DNA of 64,000 nt from Callorhinchus milii (lineage: Eukaryota), in NCBI RefSeq assembly GCF_018977255.1, contig NW_024704742.1, forward strand, positions 131,690,001 through 131,754,000. Direction: 5' to 3'. The notes beneath the pieces are model-generated. The model saw only the letters and a program-made list of their open reading frames with translations. It ran no database searches and was not told where the DNA came from. Of this stretch, positions 50,220 to 63,149 are shown piece by piece. Position numbers and translations under genes: made by a program. Numbering within the stretch: position 1 is the first letter of the stretch; each line of letters opens with the position of its first letter.

Positions 50220-51060
50220 GTTAAGGACAGCCGAATTCCAGCTCAGCTCAAGAGCGCTGTCTTCAATTAGCTCAAGCAAAACGACAAGCTCCCAGACTCC
50301 AGTTGGCTGTGAGTGTTTTGTGTTCTCTTGTGTTCCATTATCAAGGATGTGTTCTCTCTTTTTTTTTGGAACTGCGGTAAGCAGTCCAGTGCGAAGTACT
50401 TATGTGACATTCCATCAAGTTGCAGCATCTCACATCAGATGGTGCCTTGGGTCTTTGTGATCGCGTCTCAGCTGCTCCGTGCGTATTTTTTCTCCTTCGC
50501 AGAGTGACGGTACTGCCCATCGCTTCTACGAACGATGGCAATCATACTGGCTGCTTATTCCTGGATCTCATGAGTATTGCACACAACAAAGAGAGAGAGA
50601 GAGAGAGACAGAGAGAGAGAACAGTCTAAAATACCATAACCAACGTCTTCCATAGCTGTCACCATATTAGTGCCATCATCTGTGACGATCATCCCATCTG
50701 CCAAGTTATAGGGATGTATCCACTCATCCATCAAGGACTATGGAAAATGAAGGATGCCGACAGCTGTGTGTTAACCCTCTAACAGGGCAATTTTGAGCAG
50801 TGCCAGCCCAAGATAATGATTATCAGAGTGCTCAACGGACCGTGACTGCAAGGTGATCTAGTGGTCAGTAAGGACAAGTATACATTTGGTGCGTTGAAAT
50901 GAATACCATCCCTCTTTGTCTGCTTTTGCCCGGCTTGATGCATTCCTGGAATAACTGAACTTGAAAAGTGAAATAAGGAAGCAATATCACGTCTTAGTCA
51001 TTCTGTGGGAGGCTGGAGACATGGCCATCAATTCTGCGTCGAGGTCAGGAGCATCAGCTG
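50220..51060 (-). mobile_element. Decayed hAT (Ac/ZBED4-like) transposase coding fragment
   Basis: Manual translation, in canonical order: ELMA.., HFSSSVIPGMH, LTDH*, LEG*HTAVGIL..EWIHPYNLADGMIVTDDGTNMVTAM, RRSDGQYRHSAK, PRHHLM*DAAT*WNVT (the QDVxTRWNST motif), ELVVLLELIEDSALELS. Stops and frameshifts present. Confidence 0.8.
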
Positions 51061-51274
51061 AGATGGGAACTTGAAATAGATCACGGTGCAGGTTTGAGTT
51101 GTGCAAAATCAAAATAAGCACTCGCCTCACTGATATGATGTTTGCAGGGATAAAGCACTGAATAAGTTACAAAGTGAGAAAGGAAGAAACAATGGTACAA
51201 TAGGGTTTGTTAGAATTCATAGTTACATAAAATCTAGAGCTGAATCCTGCATTTGTTATCACTGCCCATGCTAA

Positions 51275-51600
51275 ACATTAAACCAAGGAGTGCCTTGGGA
51301 TCTCCTCCCGACGTGAAAGGTGCTATTCAAATGTAATTTTGTTGTTGTTGTTGTTGTCTACCTGTTCAGGTGGACATCAAAGAATCCCCACAGCACTGTT
51401 CGAAAAAAGAAAGGAGTTTTTCTCGTTGTCCTGTCCGACAATCCCCTGAATAAAAATGTGTCATTCGCTGGACGGCTATTTGAAGGGCATCGCTGTGCAT
51501 AATGTGGCTGCCGTGATCGACTATGGAATACGTAGTCACTCCACTTTACAGTATATCCTGCGAAGCCCTTTTCAGACATCCTCCAAGGATTATTATTATT
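51275..51600 (+). mobile_element. Deu-domain SINE fragment with an L2 tail inserted (51290-51356)
   Basis: ACATTAAACCAAGG, then the L2 tail, then TCTACCTGTTCAGGTGGAC. Confidence 0.75.
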
Positions 51601-53564
51601 TCACACAATGCTGATTGTGGATGTTTAAAACACAACATTTTCTAATGGGATTTTTTAATAAGGAAATCTGTTACAATTCTCTGCGGGGGATGGAGGGGGT
51701 GGCAGGGTGGTGGCTTGGGGGGATGAGATGGGGAAGAGAGTTGGGGGAGGGGGGGGGGGATGTCCGGTCCAGTGTTCAATCATGAGGCTCAGAATAATAC
51801 ACTTTCAAGGACCAGAAGGAGCTTCCCTCAGATTCCTTGTTAAGAAATCCTGTGCGTAATGAGGTTTTCATGAGTGGTGCAGGGGTTGCATAGATATGTT
51901 GAGTTTTATAACAATAATAATAATTGTTACATTTGATATAGCGCCTTATGACGTCTCAAAATGTTTCACAGAATGTACTGTAAAGTGTATATTTTTGTGG
52001 ATGAATTTTATAACAATAATAATTCTTGCATTTGGTATAGAGCCATATTAAATGATATAATGGTGCATTAGACATTTTCTTAATACAACCCTGCCATGGG
52101 CGTTTGCATCTGCTCCACTGACACTTCCCACAGTGAGGTGGGAAGGAATAGTCATCGATAGTGAATGTTCGCTCAGGGTCACTCTTGGTGGTATTAAACA
52201 TGTACATATATTGAGTTACATATTAGGGGAGGAAAAATAACCACAGGTGCAATGACTGAGTTTGGAGCCTGTCCTGTTTTACAGGGTGACCAATAAGTCA
52301 TGATACCATTACAATGTGTTGCAGTGTCAGCCTGGACTGTGTGAGCTCATAGTCCCTACGTGAGACCCACAAACCTTCCGACTCAGAGGCAAGAGTGCCT
52401 CCAGCCAAGCTAAGGCTGACAAATCTTAAATGCAAAATAAGACAGAAAGGACAGAATGAAGACTGGTAGGGCAGTGCTTTCAATGTGATGCTCAAACTGC
52501 AGGCTCCTATCTACCATTCAGCCGTTGTAGCCCTTCATGCTGACGTCTATGTACCTATAACAAAAACCAGACTACGGTGCCTTGCAAAGTCACGATACAG
52601 ATCATTTAAATGTTTCCGTTTTCTGTTTGTTTCAAAAGCGACTGAACGCCAAATAAAACATACTGCAAATAACGTAAATAAATAAATTACAAAAAAATGT
52701 TTAAACAATGCCACAAAACACTGGTGTGTTTCTGGGAAGGAATGAGGTTTAATATCACTGCTGAATGTATAAAGTCAAATGTTTGATTTTTATGCTTGTT
52801 TTCTATGGATGTTTAGCTTTTAGTAATCATGGGCACCATTTACCCCAAATGTGAAACAAACTGTTCAAGTCCCATGTTGGTGGAATAGTAACATAATAAT
52901 AATTCTTGCATTTGATATAGCATCTTTCACCTTGGTGGTACACCTTAAAGCGCTTCATAAGATTTACTGTAAAGTGTAGTGACTGTGCATTTTGTAAGTG
53001 AACAGGGCAGCCAATTTACACACAACAGTGTCTCACAAACAACAGCGAATGACTAGATGAATGACAAATGTTGGCAAACAAGCAAATGGCCAATTTTATG
53101 TGGGGATTGTTGGCCAGCAACTACCAGCAAAGCAGGCTCTGATCACTGGCAATTTGACATCGGAAGCTTGTCAACCAATACATACCCCCTGTTTGCTATT
53201 TTAATTAACCCAATAAAATGATACATCCTAGCTCAGTTCAACTTGTGATTTTTGCCACACGAAAGGAACTGCCAAGCCAGCGAGCCAGCAAGTTTAAAAT
53301 CAACACCAAAAGCCTCAGCTGTATCTCTGCTTAAGGCTGATGTATGACACAAATGGAAAACACATGATACAACCGCAAGAATTCTGAGCGCTATTTTGAG
53401 TACCTGAAAATTCGATCCTGATTTACTACTGATCAGACATTTATTTTCCAAGATTACTTTTGCTTTTGTCTGTTTCAAAGTGCATCATACTTTGAAATCT
53501 ATTATTCACTCAGATGATAAATGTGTAACTACTAGACTCAAACGAATAAATGTAATAATATAAC

Positions 53565-54325
53565 AATAATCCTTGTGTTTGATATAACGCAATATCAGGT
53601 CATCGAGATGTCTTAAATTGCTTTGTGGGATTTATTTTGGAGGTGAATACAGCTGCCAATTCGCAGATTGAGATGATGAACTATTTTATCTGGGGGATTG
53701 GTGGTCAGGATACCAGGAAAACCTCCCTTCTCTTTTCAAATAGTCTCCAAGATATAATCCAATAATAATGCTCCTTGCATTTGATATAGCGCCTCATCAA
53801 GTCTTCAAGATGTCTCAAAGATCTTTACAGAATATACTGTAAAATGAATTGACTGTATATTTGTGGGCGAAATACATTGTAGGTGGTGGCAGCCAATTGT
53901 GCGCATCAATGTCCCACAAACAGTCGTGGATTGACTGAATAATTTTTTTTAAGGAATTATTTATTACCCCTGGAAAAGTGATCCGCAAACCGACTAACAA
54001 CCGGGTTCCTACTTTCTGCAAGGTAAACATATGCGTGTGGAGTAAGGAGACTTGCCCAACGTTTCGTCCTGCCGGAAATCGAACACAGATCTCTCGCTTG
54101 CAAGGCTAACCACTGAGCTATAGGACTCCACAGGTTAAAGATATTTTTAACATCCACCTTAACGGACAGGACCTAGGTTTAACATCTCATCTGAAACGTG
54201 GCACCTATGACAATGCATCACTCTCCAGCAGTGCTATTGGATTGTAAATTCAAACTATAATTTTGAGCTCCTGACGTGGTGCTTGACCTCACAACCTTTT
54301 GACCCAGAGTTCAACAAACTGAGCC
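53565..54325 (-). mobile_element. Deu-domain SINE hosting a full long Ala-SINE (53760-54131)
   Basis: Host breaks after GGTGGATGTTAAAAATATC and resumes TTGGAGACTATTTGAAAAGAGAAGGGAG. Confidence 0.82.
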
Positions 54326-55182
54326 AAGAAGAGAGGATATTAAATAGGTTGAAGGATTGTATTCACATCTTCATCCAAATCTGTCATGTGATCTTGTGAT
54401 TTCTTATTTAGTTTTGTTCAGTTTAAGGTGGTAATTAAACCTTATTGAACTAAACAAAGGCAATTTTTTTCAATACTAGTTCATACAGAAAGTCCAAGCA
54501 AGTTATTTTCATTACACTTCAAAAGGACAAAAATCAAGGACACCTCTAGATGAATAGATTAATAAGTGCAGGCTGGAGAGAACCCGCAAGATCATATTGG
54601 GTGATGGAATATTTGAGAAAGGGTGATAAATCCGCTTTGGAAGGTGAAATCACTGTGGAAAGGGCAGGTGGATGTGGGGATGGCGGATGATAGAGGAGAG
54701 AGAGGAGAGGAAGATTATGTTGGCTGGGGCTTTGAACTATGCACAAATTGCACATTTTTAAGTAATAAGTCTAGTCGCAGTTTACAAAACCACAGCAAAT
54801 TTGATGCTCGGCGAATGATTAAAGGGACCAAACATTTTCCCTAAAATATTTGGCAAGCACGCTGTACAAGAGGATTCATGGGCATTGCTGTGACACCATT
54901 TATTTATGGCCAAAGAGAGTTTGGGCACAAGTGTTTTATTCTTTCCCTGGGTCAGCAGCAGACGATAAGGTGCTGCTTCCCTCACCTCCGGTAATGAAAC
55001 AATTGAACAATAATCTCCTAACAATCATCTCAGATCTCAGATGATATTTTCCAGAGACTGAGAGGATTTCTTATGCAGGTGAGCTATGTTTTGTATTGTG
55101 TTAGGTTTTATATCTCATCAGTCTATTGAGAACATTTTATTAACTGTACTATTAATTTTTTGGTAAGCCTCTGCTGGCACTT

Positions 55183-55500
55183 TTAATAACAATCCTTGCA
55201 ATTATCACATCATCAAGACATCAAAGTGATCCACAGAATATACTGGAAAGTGAATTGACTGTGAGTGAAACATGGCATCAAATTGCTCGCAGTTGTGTCC
55301 CACAAACAGTCACAGGTTGAATGACCAAATTATTGTTTTTGTTTTAATTTTATTATTTTTGAAAGGATTTTTACTCCTGGAAAAGCGATCCACCATTCAG
55401 CTAACAACTGGGTTCCTACTGACTGCTAGGTAAACAGTGGGTGTGGAGTAAGGAAACTTGCCCATCATTTCACCTTGCCCGGGGATCGAACCCAGGTTTC
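55183..55500 (-). mobile_element. Ala-SINE long subfamily, 5'-truncated
   Basis: B box, body and tail present. Confidence 0.8.
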
Positions 55501-57109
55501 AAAACCCCCACTTTTTTGTATTGTCCCTGCCTTTATGATGGACCTATGCTGTAAGCACAACTGACACCTTTGCAGAGAATGTAACATTCAGTTTTCAGCA
55601 CTGTGTAATTATTACAAAGCAGCTCCAACAGACTTACCTTTTCAAATCCATGCAGCTATTTACTTGCCCTTTACTACTGCCCCACGTATTAAGTCATTTT
55701 GTTTGCATAATAATAATCCTTGCATTTGATTTGAGCTCACAGTCTAAGGTGAGATTCTAGTGAAGGGTTGGGGGAAATGCTGTTGTTGGAGGTACTGTCC
55801 TTCAGATGAGTCATTAAACTAAGGCCCTTTCTGCTTGTTCTTCAGATGGACATTAAAGGTGGTGTGAAGCAATTCGGAAAAAAGAAGGCAGTTTTTTTCC
55901 CAGGGTCCTGCACAACAATTGTGCAGATAATTCACCCATAGCTGTTCAATGGGAACTTTCTGTGTGCAAATTGGCATTCGCCTTCAAAAAAATGCAGTCA
56001 CTTCATGTGCCAGCAATTACTAGAGAAGTTTTGATGTGAGAGGTGCTGTATCAAAATCAAAGAATGCAATGAAATAGAAAAAATGGTCCATGACATGCAA
56101 CAGAGAAATGAATTTCTCCCGGTGTCCTGGCCAATAATCCCCAAATGTGCACAATTGGCTGTCACGTTTCATCCACAAAATATACAGTCAATTTCCTCTA
56201 CGGTATATTCTGTGACGCGCTTTGAGATGTATCGAAGATGTGATAAGGCGCTATACCAATTGCAAGGACTATTATTATTATCAAAAAATGTAGTCATTCT
56301 CTTCATGGCTATTTGGGGACAAATGGGTTGCCGTATGTGCCAACAAATATTCAGTCATGACACTTCACAGAAAATCTGTGAAGCACTCTGAGATGTCCTT
56401 GCAGCGTGAAAAGGCGCTGTAACAAGTGCGTGGGTTATAATTGTGAAAAACACCTGATTGTCATAAAAATATCACCTGGTGCAACATTAAAGTAATGTGT
56501 CAACTTTGGCGAGAATAATTTGCGCTGTTATAAAGCCAATTTAGCATCCCACGTTGCATCACAGGAGGGAACACTTTATATACACTGGAGTGAAAAATGT
56601 ACCTGTATTTTTTCATTCTTGATCTGTGGGGGGGCTGGAGATCTATTTTATCTTGACTGTCTAGCACATTGTGTTCTGTACGTACTTAAACCTGCAATCA
56701 TAATGATTTGAAGAACACAGCATTACTATCATGCCACTGGGCAGGTACATAGGCTTACAATTTTCTGGTGGAGGCGTGATCAATAAAAGCATGTCAAATT
56801 TCCAAAGATGGATCAGCTGGAGAATCAGATTACAATCTGAACCTGTTGGTGGTGAAATAAGCAAAAGTGTAGTATTCACATTCAAAGAGGTTTTCTCTTG
56901 CACTGTTCCTTTGTACTGCCCAGCTAGCCATGTCCTTTTACTTTTCAGACAGCATCTTGCTAACCTGTTGCTCTCTTTAGTTGCTGTCTGGAAGAAACAC
57001 AATACATTGAGATGTATGCTTGCTTTCTAAGGACCATAGATTAGTTGAAATGGATGGCAATTTAGCTCAAGAAGTGACTGCATTTCTGGAGGAAAAGGAT
57101 TTAAAAATA

Positions 57110-57710
57110 TAATAAATCTTGCATTTGATAAAGTGCTTTTCACATTGTGAGGATGTCTCGAAACCCTTCACAGGATTTATTCAAAGTGTCGTGATAGCAA
57201 TGCCCCACAAACAGCCATGAAGAAAATGACCAATTTTATCTGGGGGTTTGTTGGTCAAGACACCAGGAAGAAACTCCCTTCTGTTTTTCACGCAGCGAGT
57301 TGTTCGAATCTGGAACGCATTGCCTGAAAGGGTGGTCGAGGCCAATTCGATAACTACTTTTAAAAATGTGATGGACGGGTATTTGAGGAGGACGGGTTTG
57401 CAGGGTTATGGGGAAAGGGCTGGGGAGTGGGATTGACATTAATTGCTCTATTCAAAGAGCCGGCACAAATTCAATGGGCCGAATGGCCTCATTTTGTGCT
57501 GTACATTTCTATGATTCTATGATTCTAGTAGTGCCATGGGATCTTTAACGTCCACCTGAACTGTTGTAGACAGGCCTTTAGTTTAATGTCTCTTCTGAAG
57601 GATGACACCTTCGATAATACAATGATCCCTCAAAGTCCCAACATGGGCCTTGAACTTATAACCTTCTGACTCTGAGATGAGAGTGCTACCAACTGAGCTA
57701 AGCTGACACC
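57110..57710 (-). mobile_element. Deu-domain SINE hosting a CR1 3' end (57283-57527, +)
   Basis: CR1 reads FFTQRVVRIWNALPERVVEANSITTFKNVMD and ends (ATTCTATG)n; host flanks are AAACTCCCTTCTGTTTTTCA and GTAGTGCCATGGGATC. Confidence 0.88.
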
Positions 57711-57959
57711 CAGGCTGACATGATCAAAGATGGAGGGTGATGAGTGTTAGGGGAATTTGAGAACTGCTATGGTTGGTAGGCCTGCAATCCAGTGGTCTTT
57801 TTCTTTTCCAAAACAAAAAGAATAAAGTTTTATAGTCATGCTATAAAATTTGGGCTATGAGGTTTTTAACAGCAACAGCAAGGAAATGGATTCTTTACAT
57901 GTAGGATTATTTGTGAAAACAATTGCTAAAGACGCAGACTGGTTTGCTGAACATGGATG

Positions 57960-58329
57960 ACAATAATAATAATCCTTGAAATTTGATATAACGCCTTATC
58001 ATGCCTTTGAGACGTCTCAAAGCGCTTCACAGAATATACTGTAAAGTGAATTGAGTGTATATTTTTGTGGGAGAAACACGGCAGCCAATTGCAGACACTG
58101 GTCCCACAAACAGTATTGGATTGAAGCGGCCAAATTTTTTTTGAAGGAATTATTACCTCCGGAAAAGCAATCAGCCAATCGACTAACAATTGGGTTCCTA
58201 CTTACTGCTAGGTAAACAGAGGCATGTGGATTAAGGAAACTTGCCTGATATTTTGCCCTGCTGGGAGTCGAACCCAGGTCTCTTGCTTGCGAGGCGAGTG
58301 TTCTAACCACTGAGCTACAGGACTCCACA
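57960..58329 (-). mobile_element. Ala-SINE long subfamily, full length
   Basis: Intact head, body and tail. Confidence 0.92.
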
Positions 58330-60674
58330 TGATATGCATTCAAAGAGTGGAGCGCAACCTTTTGATTGCAAATCAGGTAGGAAACATATTGCGAGAGCTC
58401 CCATTTGTACAATTTGGTCATAAATCATTCATTTAAAGTCATTTTATGCCTCAGGTTCTGATCAGTAGAATCTCAATCTGTTACATCAGCAGCTAGTCCT
58501 ATTGACAAACATGTATTCTGAACCTATTCATTTATGGTTTGAGAATGTAATCCAGTGCAGGTTCTGTGCGATTTGACAAATGCTTTCCAGAATTTAGGTA
58601 AAGCCTTAATTTCACATAAGATATGAATTGAGAGATAGTTGGCAAAAGGAAATGCCTAATTCGGGAAGTGATGAGAGACTATCAAGCTAAAAATAATTAG
58701 ATTTAATGACAACTGAATGGTTTGCTAACTGAAAATATACAGTACCGAGTTTATTATTAACAATAATCCTTGCATTTGATATATAGTGCCTTTCACATTA
58801 GAACGATACTTTACAATATATTGCTTATGCTGGAAAGTATACAGTAAAGTGTAGTGACTGCATTTTGGAGGTGACAATTTTGAATCACTCAGCACTTTGT
58901 TGGAGTATCAGCATGGACTTTGAGTTCAAAGTCCTGACCAACATGGAGCTTGAACCCACAACCTTCTGACTCAGAGTCGAGAGTGCTACCGACTGAGCCA
59001 CGCTGGCACACCTACCAATGCAGGAGATAGACAGTTTAATCTTAATGCTACCAGTCAGGAAATGGACAAAATAAGCTTTTTTTTGTCCTTTGGGCTGGAT
59101 ATCAGCCAACTTCACAGGTAAATGCTGACTCCAGGGCTGGCGAAAAATTCCTTGTCTCTATATGTGAAGGGGATAAGCTGTAGCCTCCCCAATGCATGCC
59201 TCACAGCTGGTCCGCCTGCAATCTAATCTGCTCTCTCAGCATGCTGCAGTGCTCACTCACTGATTTCAAATGCAACACTCAGTTACTTGCCACAGGGCAT
59301 AACGCATCACTCAGCACACAGTGACCCTCAACACAAATTCCTTGCTTGTCTATTCGCTGAGCAGATCATAGCTTCTTAAGCAGCCCTCTGTCAACTGAAA
59401 TTGGATTATCTGTCACTTTTTATTTTGCTTCCTTCACAACTAATGCTTTGTTAAGAAAACATAGTGAACATGGAACAGCCTTCTCCACGCAACCAGAACA
59501 ATTATACTTGAAAAATATCTAATAGCATCTCCTCTGTCTAAGTGACAAACAGACATGTCTACAATGCAGCATTAAATATTAATGCATCATGTTGAAAATG
59601 CATTTTTTTTCTCCCCCAGCATATCTGTGATGATTATTTCAGACATTTTAGTGTTTGTAAATGTCTTGTGCTTCTTATGGTAATATCATTTTAGCGTCAC
59701 ATCATTAGGTATGACTAGGTTTGAAATGTTTTAATTTTTTTGGAAGCCATTCTTAACTTTGTCAGTGCTTTGTTCTGCAACCCCGCCGAATACATATTTT
59801 GTAGATGTATTTATTCCTTTCTTTCTCCCAGCTTTCTTTCTTCTGTATGTGTGAGCCATTAAGAGTGTGGTGGAGAATGATCAAGGAGCCTCTGGCTTGG
59901 CCAATGTCCCTAAGGCAACATAGCAAGACAATAGGAGGACCCGATAGAGAAAAATGTCAAAGCTCATCATGCACAAACAACAACGCTGTTAACTTTGTTT
60001 TCAATTCGGAAATTGAATCATTAAAAAGTCAACGTATGTTGTATTTTCCTAAGCAAAACGGTTGTTTCTTGCTCAGAAATCCACTTGGATATCGTTAACC
60101 ACTTGAGTGCTGAACCTGCTCCATATTTTCAAACCCATCAAGTTTTCCCAATGCTTTCATGACAATAATGTTGCAAATGGAGCGGAATACAGTTTGATTT
60201 ATATTCATACAGCTCTGTTTCATGTTGTGAGGACATCTCCAATTCCTTGACACTGCTGGCTAGGCATTTGAGTGTGGGGGGGCGGGTGGTGGCGGGGGGG
60301 CATATAGGGATGAGCCAAAAGGGGAGGGAAGGTAAAAGATGACCAAAAGCGCAAGATTTCTCTCTAGACGTAACACTTTGACTGCTTTTGGTCATGTCTC
60401 CGCTCCTCGCACTCCTTAGTTCCTAACCCCACCTGCTGCTCACGTCCCCAGCCAGTATTGTGAAGCACTTTGAGACGTCTGCCCAGTGTGAAAGACACAA
60501 TATCAATGCAAATTGTGTGACATTGTTTTACAGAACATATAACATTGATTCAGATAATTAAGTAACACATAGGTCATAATGTATTAACACAAAGCTATTT
60601 TCAATTTAACGGATGTAATTTCGTACTAACGGGATGTGATAGTGGGTTGGAGTGAATTGAACTGAATAGAAATA

Positions 60675-62480
60675 AGCTGGACCTTTCAGCACATTAACAG
60701 CATGGTCCTATAATTGGGTCTTCATGTCTGATGGAGACTTCCGCCAACTCCATTTGAGATTAGGCACAATACTCTGAATAATGGAACTACTTATTTCTGC
60801 CTTCAGTTTTATTGATCTCACATGTACTGCATCAACACTATTTATCCTAGCAAAGTTTCTATAGGTTTAGATGCACTGAAATATAATGTGGAACTTCATC
60901 GATCAACTTCACAGCCATGATTTATGCTAGGAAGGTTATGATCTCAAACCGGGATCAAGCGGAACAACCCAATGTCTTGTCCAATTTCCACCAAGTGTTG
61001 GTTTCAGAGATATCTGGAGTCGTCTGACTGATGAAGTTCTTACAAATCTGTGATGTTCATTAATTTATTTTTCACCAAATTTTGAACTGGTTCCAAGGTG
61101 ACATGTTTGGTAACAGAATATGGGAATCGAAGAAGCCCACTGTGGCGGTCTCGGTAGTCTGGTTTCTGAACTAGGTGGGTCCACACAACTCCAAGGCATT
61201 GCTAATGACGGCACAGTCAACCTAGCTCATGAACAGGACTTGGAAGGGCAGACCAGTCTCTGGGGCTCGGGAATTCTCCCACTCAGCTCCTGTTAACCCA
61301 GCAAGTTAAAGCTCTAATGGGTAGGGTGGTCCTAGCTGGACAAGCAGTGGGAAAGCTTGCCAGACAGTTCTATCAATGGAAAGCTATGCAGTTTTAGCTG
61401 GTTAGACTCCAGCAGTACCCCAATACATACTCTGGGGTCCCCAAGCCTTGGCTCCTGCCAACTTGCGCCTAATACTTTCTGGAATTAGGTAAGCAGGATG
61501 CGGCTTTCCAGGAAGAGAGTGCGCATTCCCTTCCAACAATCTATCTCTGGGATTTCCATATGTAGGTAGGAAACATGGAATTCTCAGCTTAGTTTGGATA
61601 CTCTTCAACATGTTGATGGGTTTCAACATTCAACAATGATGGGTGTCAGACACCCCATTTTACAGTGATGTTCTTTGAGACATCCTCCCAACCTGAAAGA
61701 CACCTATGTCAAATTCTGGGATGATTATTGTTATTTTTACCATAGAACTGTATGGTATGAGCTTTCTAACAAGATTTCCCAACTGGAAATGAGTCCTCAG
61801 TTTCACAAGATCAAAAGAGAGGTTCAAACGAAAAAAGCCCTTGAGCCCATGTGATGTTACTAGAATATATACTCTACCGCCCTCCCATTACAGCATCAAT
61901 CTGTTTTATAATTGGCTTCAGTGTTCTGGCCTCAACCACCTTTCTGGTAACCTTGTTCCAGTCGTTAATTACTCTCTGAGTACAGAAATATCTCCTAGTG
62001 CCTAGCCTAGAAATTGCCCTTTGCAAATATGAACCTGTGCCCTCCTTTTTTGATTGTCTCCAGGTGTCCAAAAGTAACATTTAGACAGTGCAAGAAAACT
62101 CTTGTTCTCAACATCTCTTGACAATGATAGCACACTGTCATCATAATGTTACTTCCTGCAGTCCACATGCATTTGCTAAGCTATATTCGGGACACCATCT
62201 GGCAATGACCCTAAGGACCAGAGGTTGCACTATTAAGAAGAGTCAGATGGTATCTGTGGCAGTGATCAAGTAATATGGGATTCAGGGCACGTCCGACTTT
62301 TCTTTATTCTGAAAAATATATGAGTGGAGTAAAAAAAGGAGCTCATTCTTGTGCCTCTCTCCTGGGAATAGTCTGTCCACTGACTGCTTTTAGGGGGGAA
62401 GAGTCCAAGTTAAGGTCCAATGTGTTGAACTCATCCTTCATGCAGTTCTGTCATTTTGGTGTTTGTAGGGTGGAGGCTGC
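60675..62480 (+). mobile_element. Probable heavily decayed DIRS/Ngaro retrotransposon RT-RNaseH region, interrupted by later insertions
   Basis: Ordered degenerate motifs AGPFS, DGDFR, LNNG, LHSHDL, *CS, NLAHEQDLEGQTSLWGSGI, PSKL, SINGKL; after the CR1 insertion, AFAKLYSG, SVAV, FRARPTFLYSE, KKGAHSCASLLGIV, SNVL..FMQF. YLDD not recovered. Confidence 0.45.
61800..62075 (-). mobile_element. CR1 3' fragment
   Basis: RLGTRRYFCTQRVINDWNKVTRKVVEARTL..KQIDAVM. Confidence 0.85.
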
Positions 62481-63149
62481 CACTGCTGAAGAATTCATTC
62501 CTCCATCACACCTCCCACACCCCCCCCCACCTCTCGACCACCCCGCATTGCAGTTGAAAATGTAAAGCATTCCTAGATCTGAAATGACATGACTTCATAC
62601 TTCAGCACAGTAACAAAATCAAATCTTTAACCTGCGTCCTGGCTTCCATGAGCCAGGGAATGGCTATACTCAATTTATAACCATTGTGTTTATGATATAA
62701 CTGCAGGCAATTTATGAAAGATGTATAATTCTCCTTGGAATGGATTCCTTTGCCCCCACAGAATCACATACGTTTCTTTTCTGCAACCGTTTGGAAAAAT
62801 GTCTGATAGTATTTAGTTTTGTGTTCACTCTGGTACCCATGGTTCACAAGGGAAGGGGTGCAACACAGTAATTGAGTAAGGGTCAGATGAACTATCAACC
62901 CATCTCCCAGTTTGCTAGCCTTTCAGTGTCAGTGGTGATGAGGGCAACTGGGGGTCAAGCTTATTACTGCAGTACCGAGATTTTGTTTTACATCGCCTCC
63001 CACCTCTCCAGTTCAACGGTGCCCAGGGAACAAGATGTGCTCAAATGATGCTGGGATTGTAGAAACATATTTCTCTAAGGTTATTGAAGGGAAGTCAAGG
63101 AAGAGAATAGAACTGGAAAATAAAAACAGATGTCAACCTGGTTCCGTTG

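Noticed and set aside
50513..50540. Hairpin CCATCG-C-TTC-TAC-GAA-CGATGG resembling an iron-responsive element
   Set aside because: Lacks the CAGUGN loop and 5-bp upper stem, and lies within the hAT fossil.
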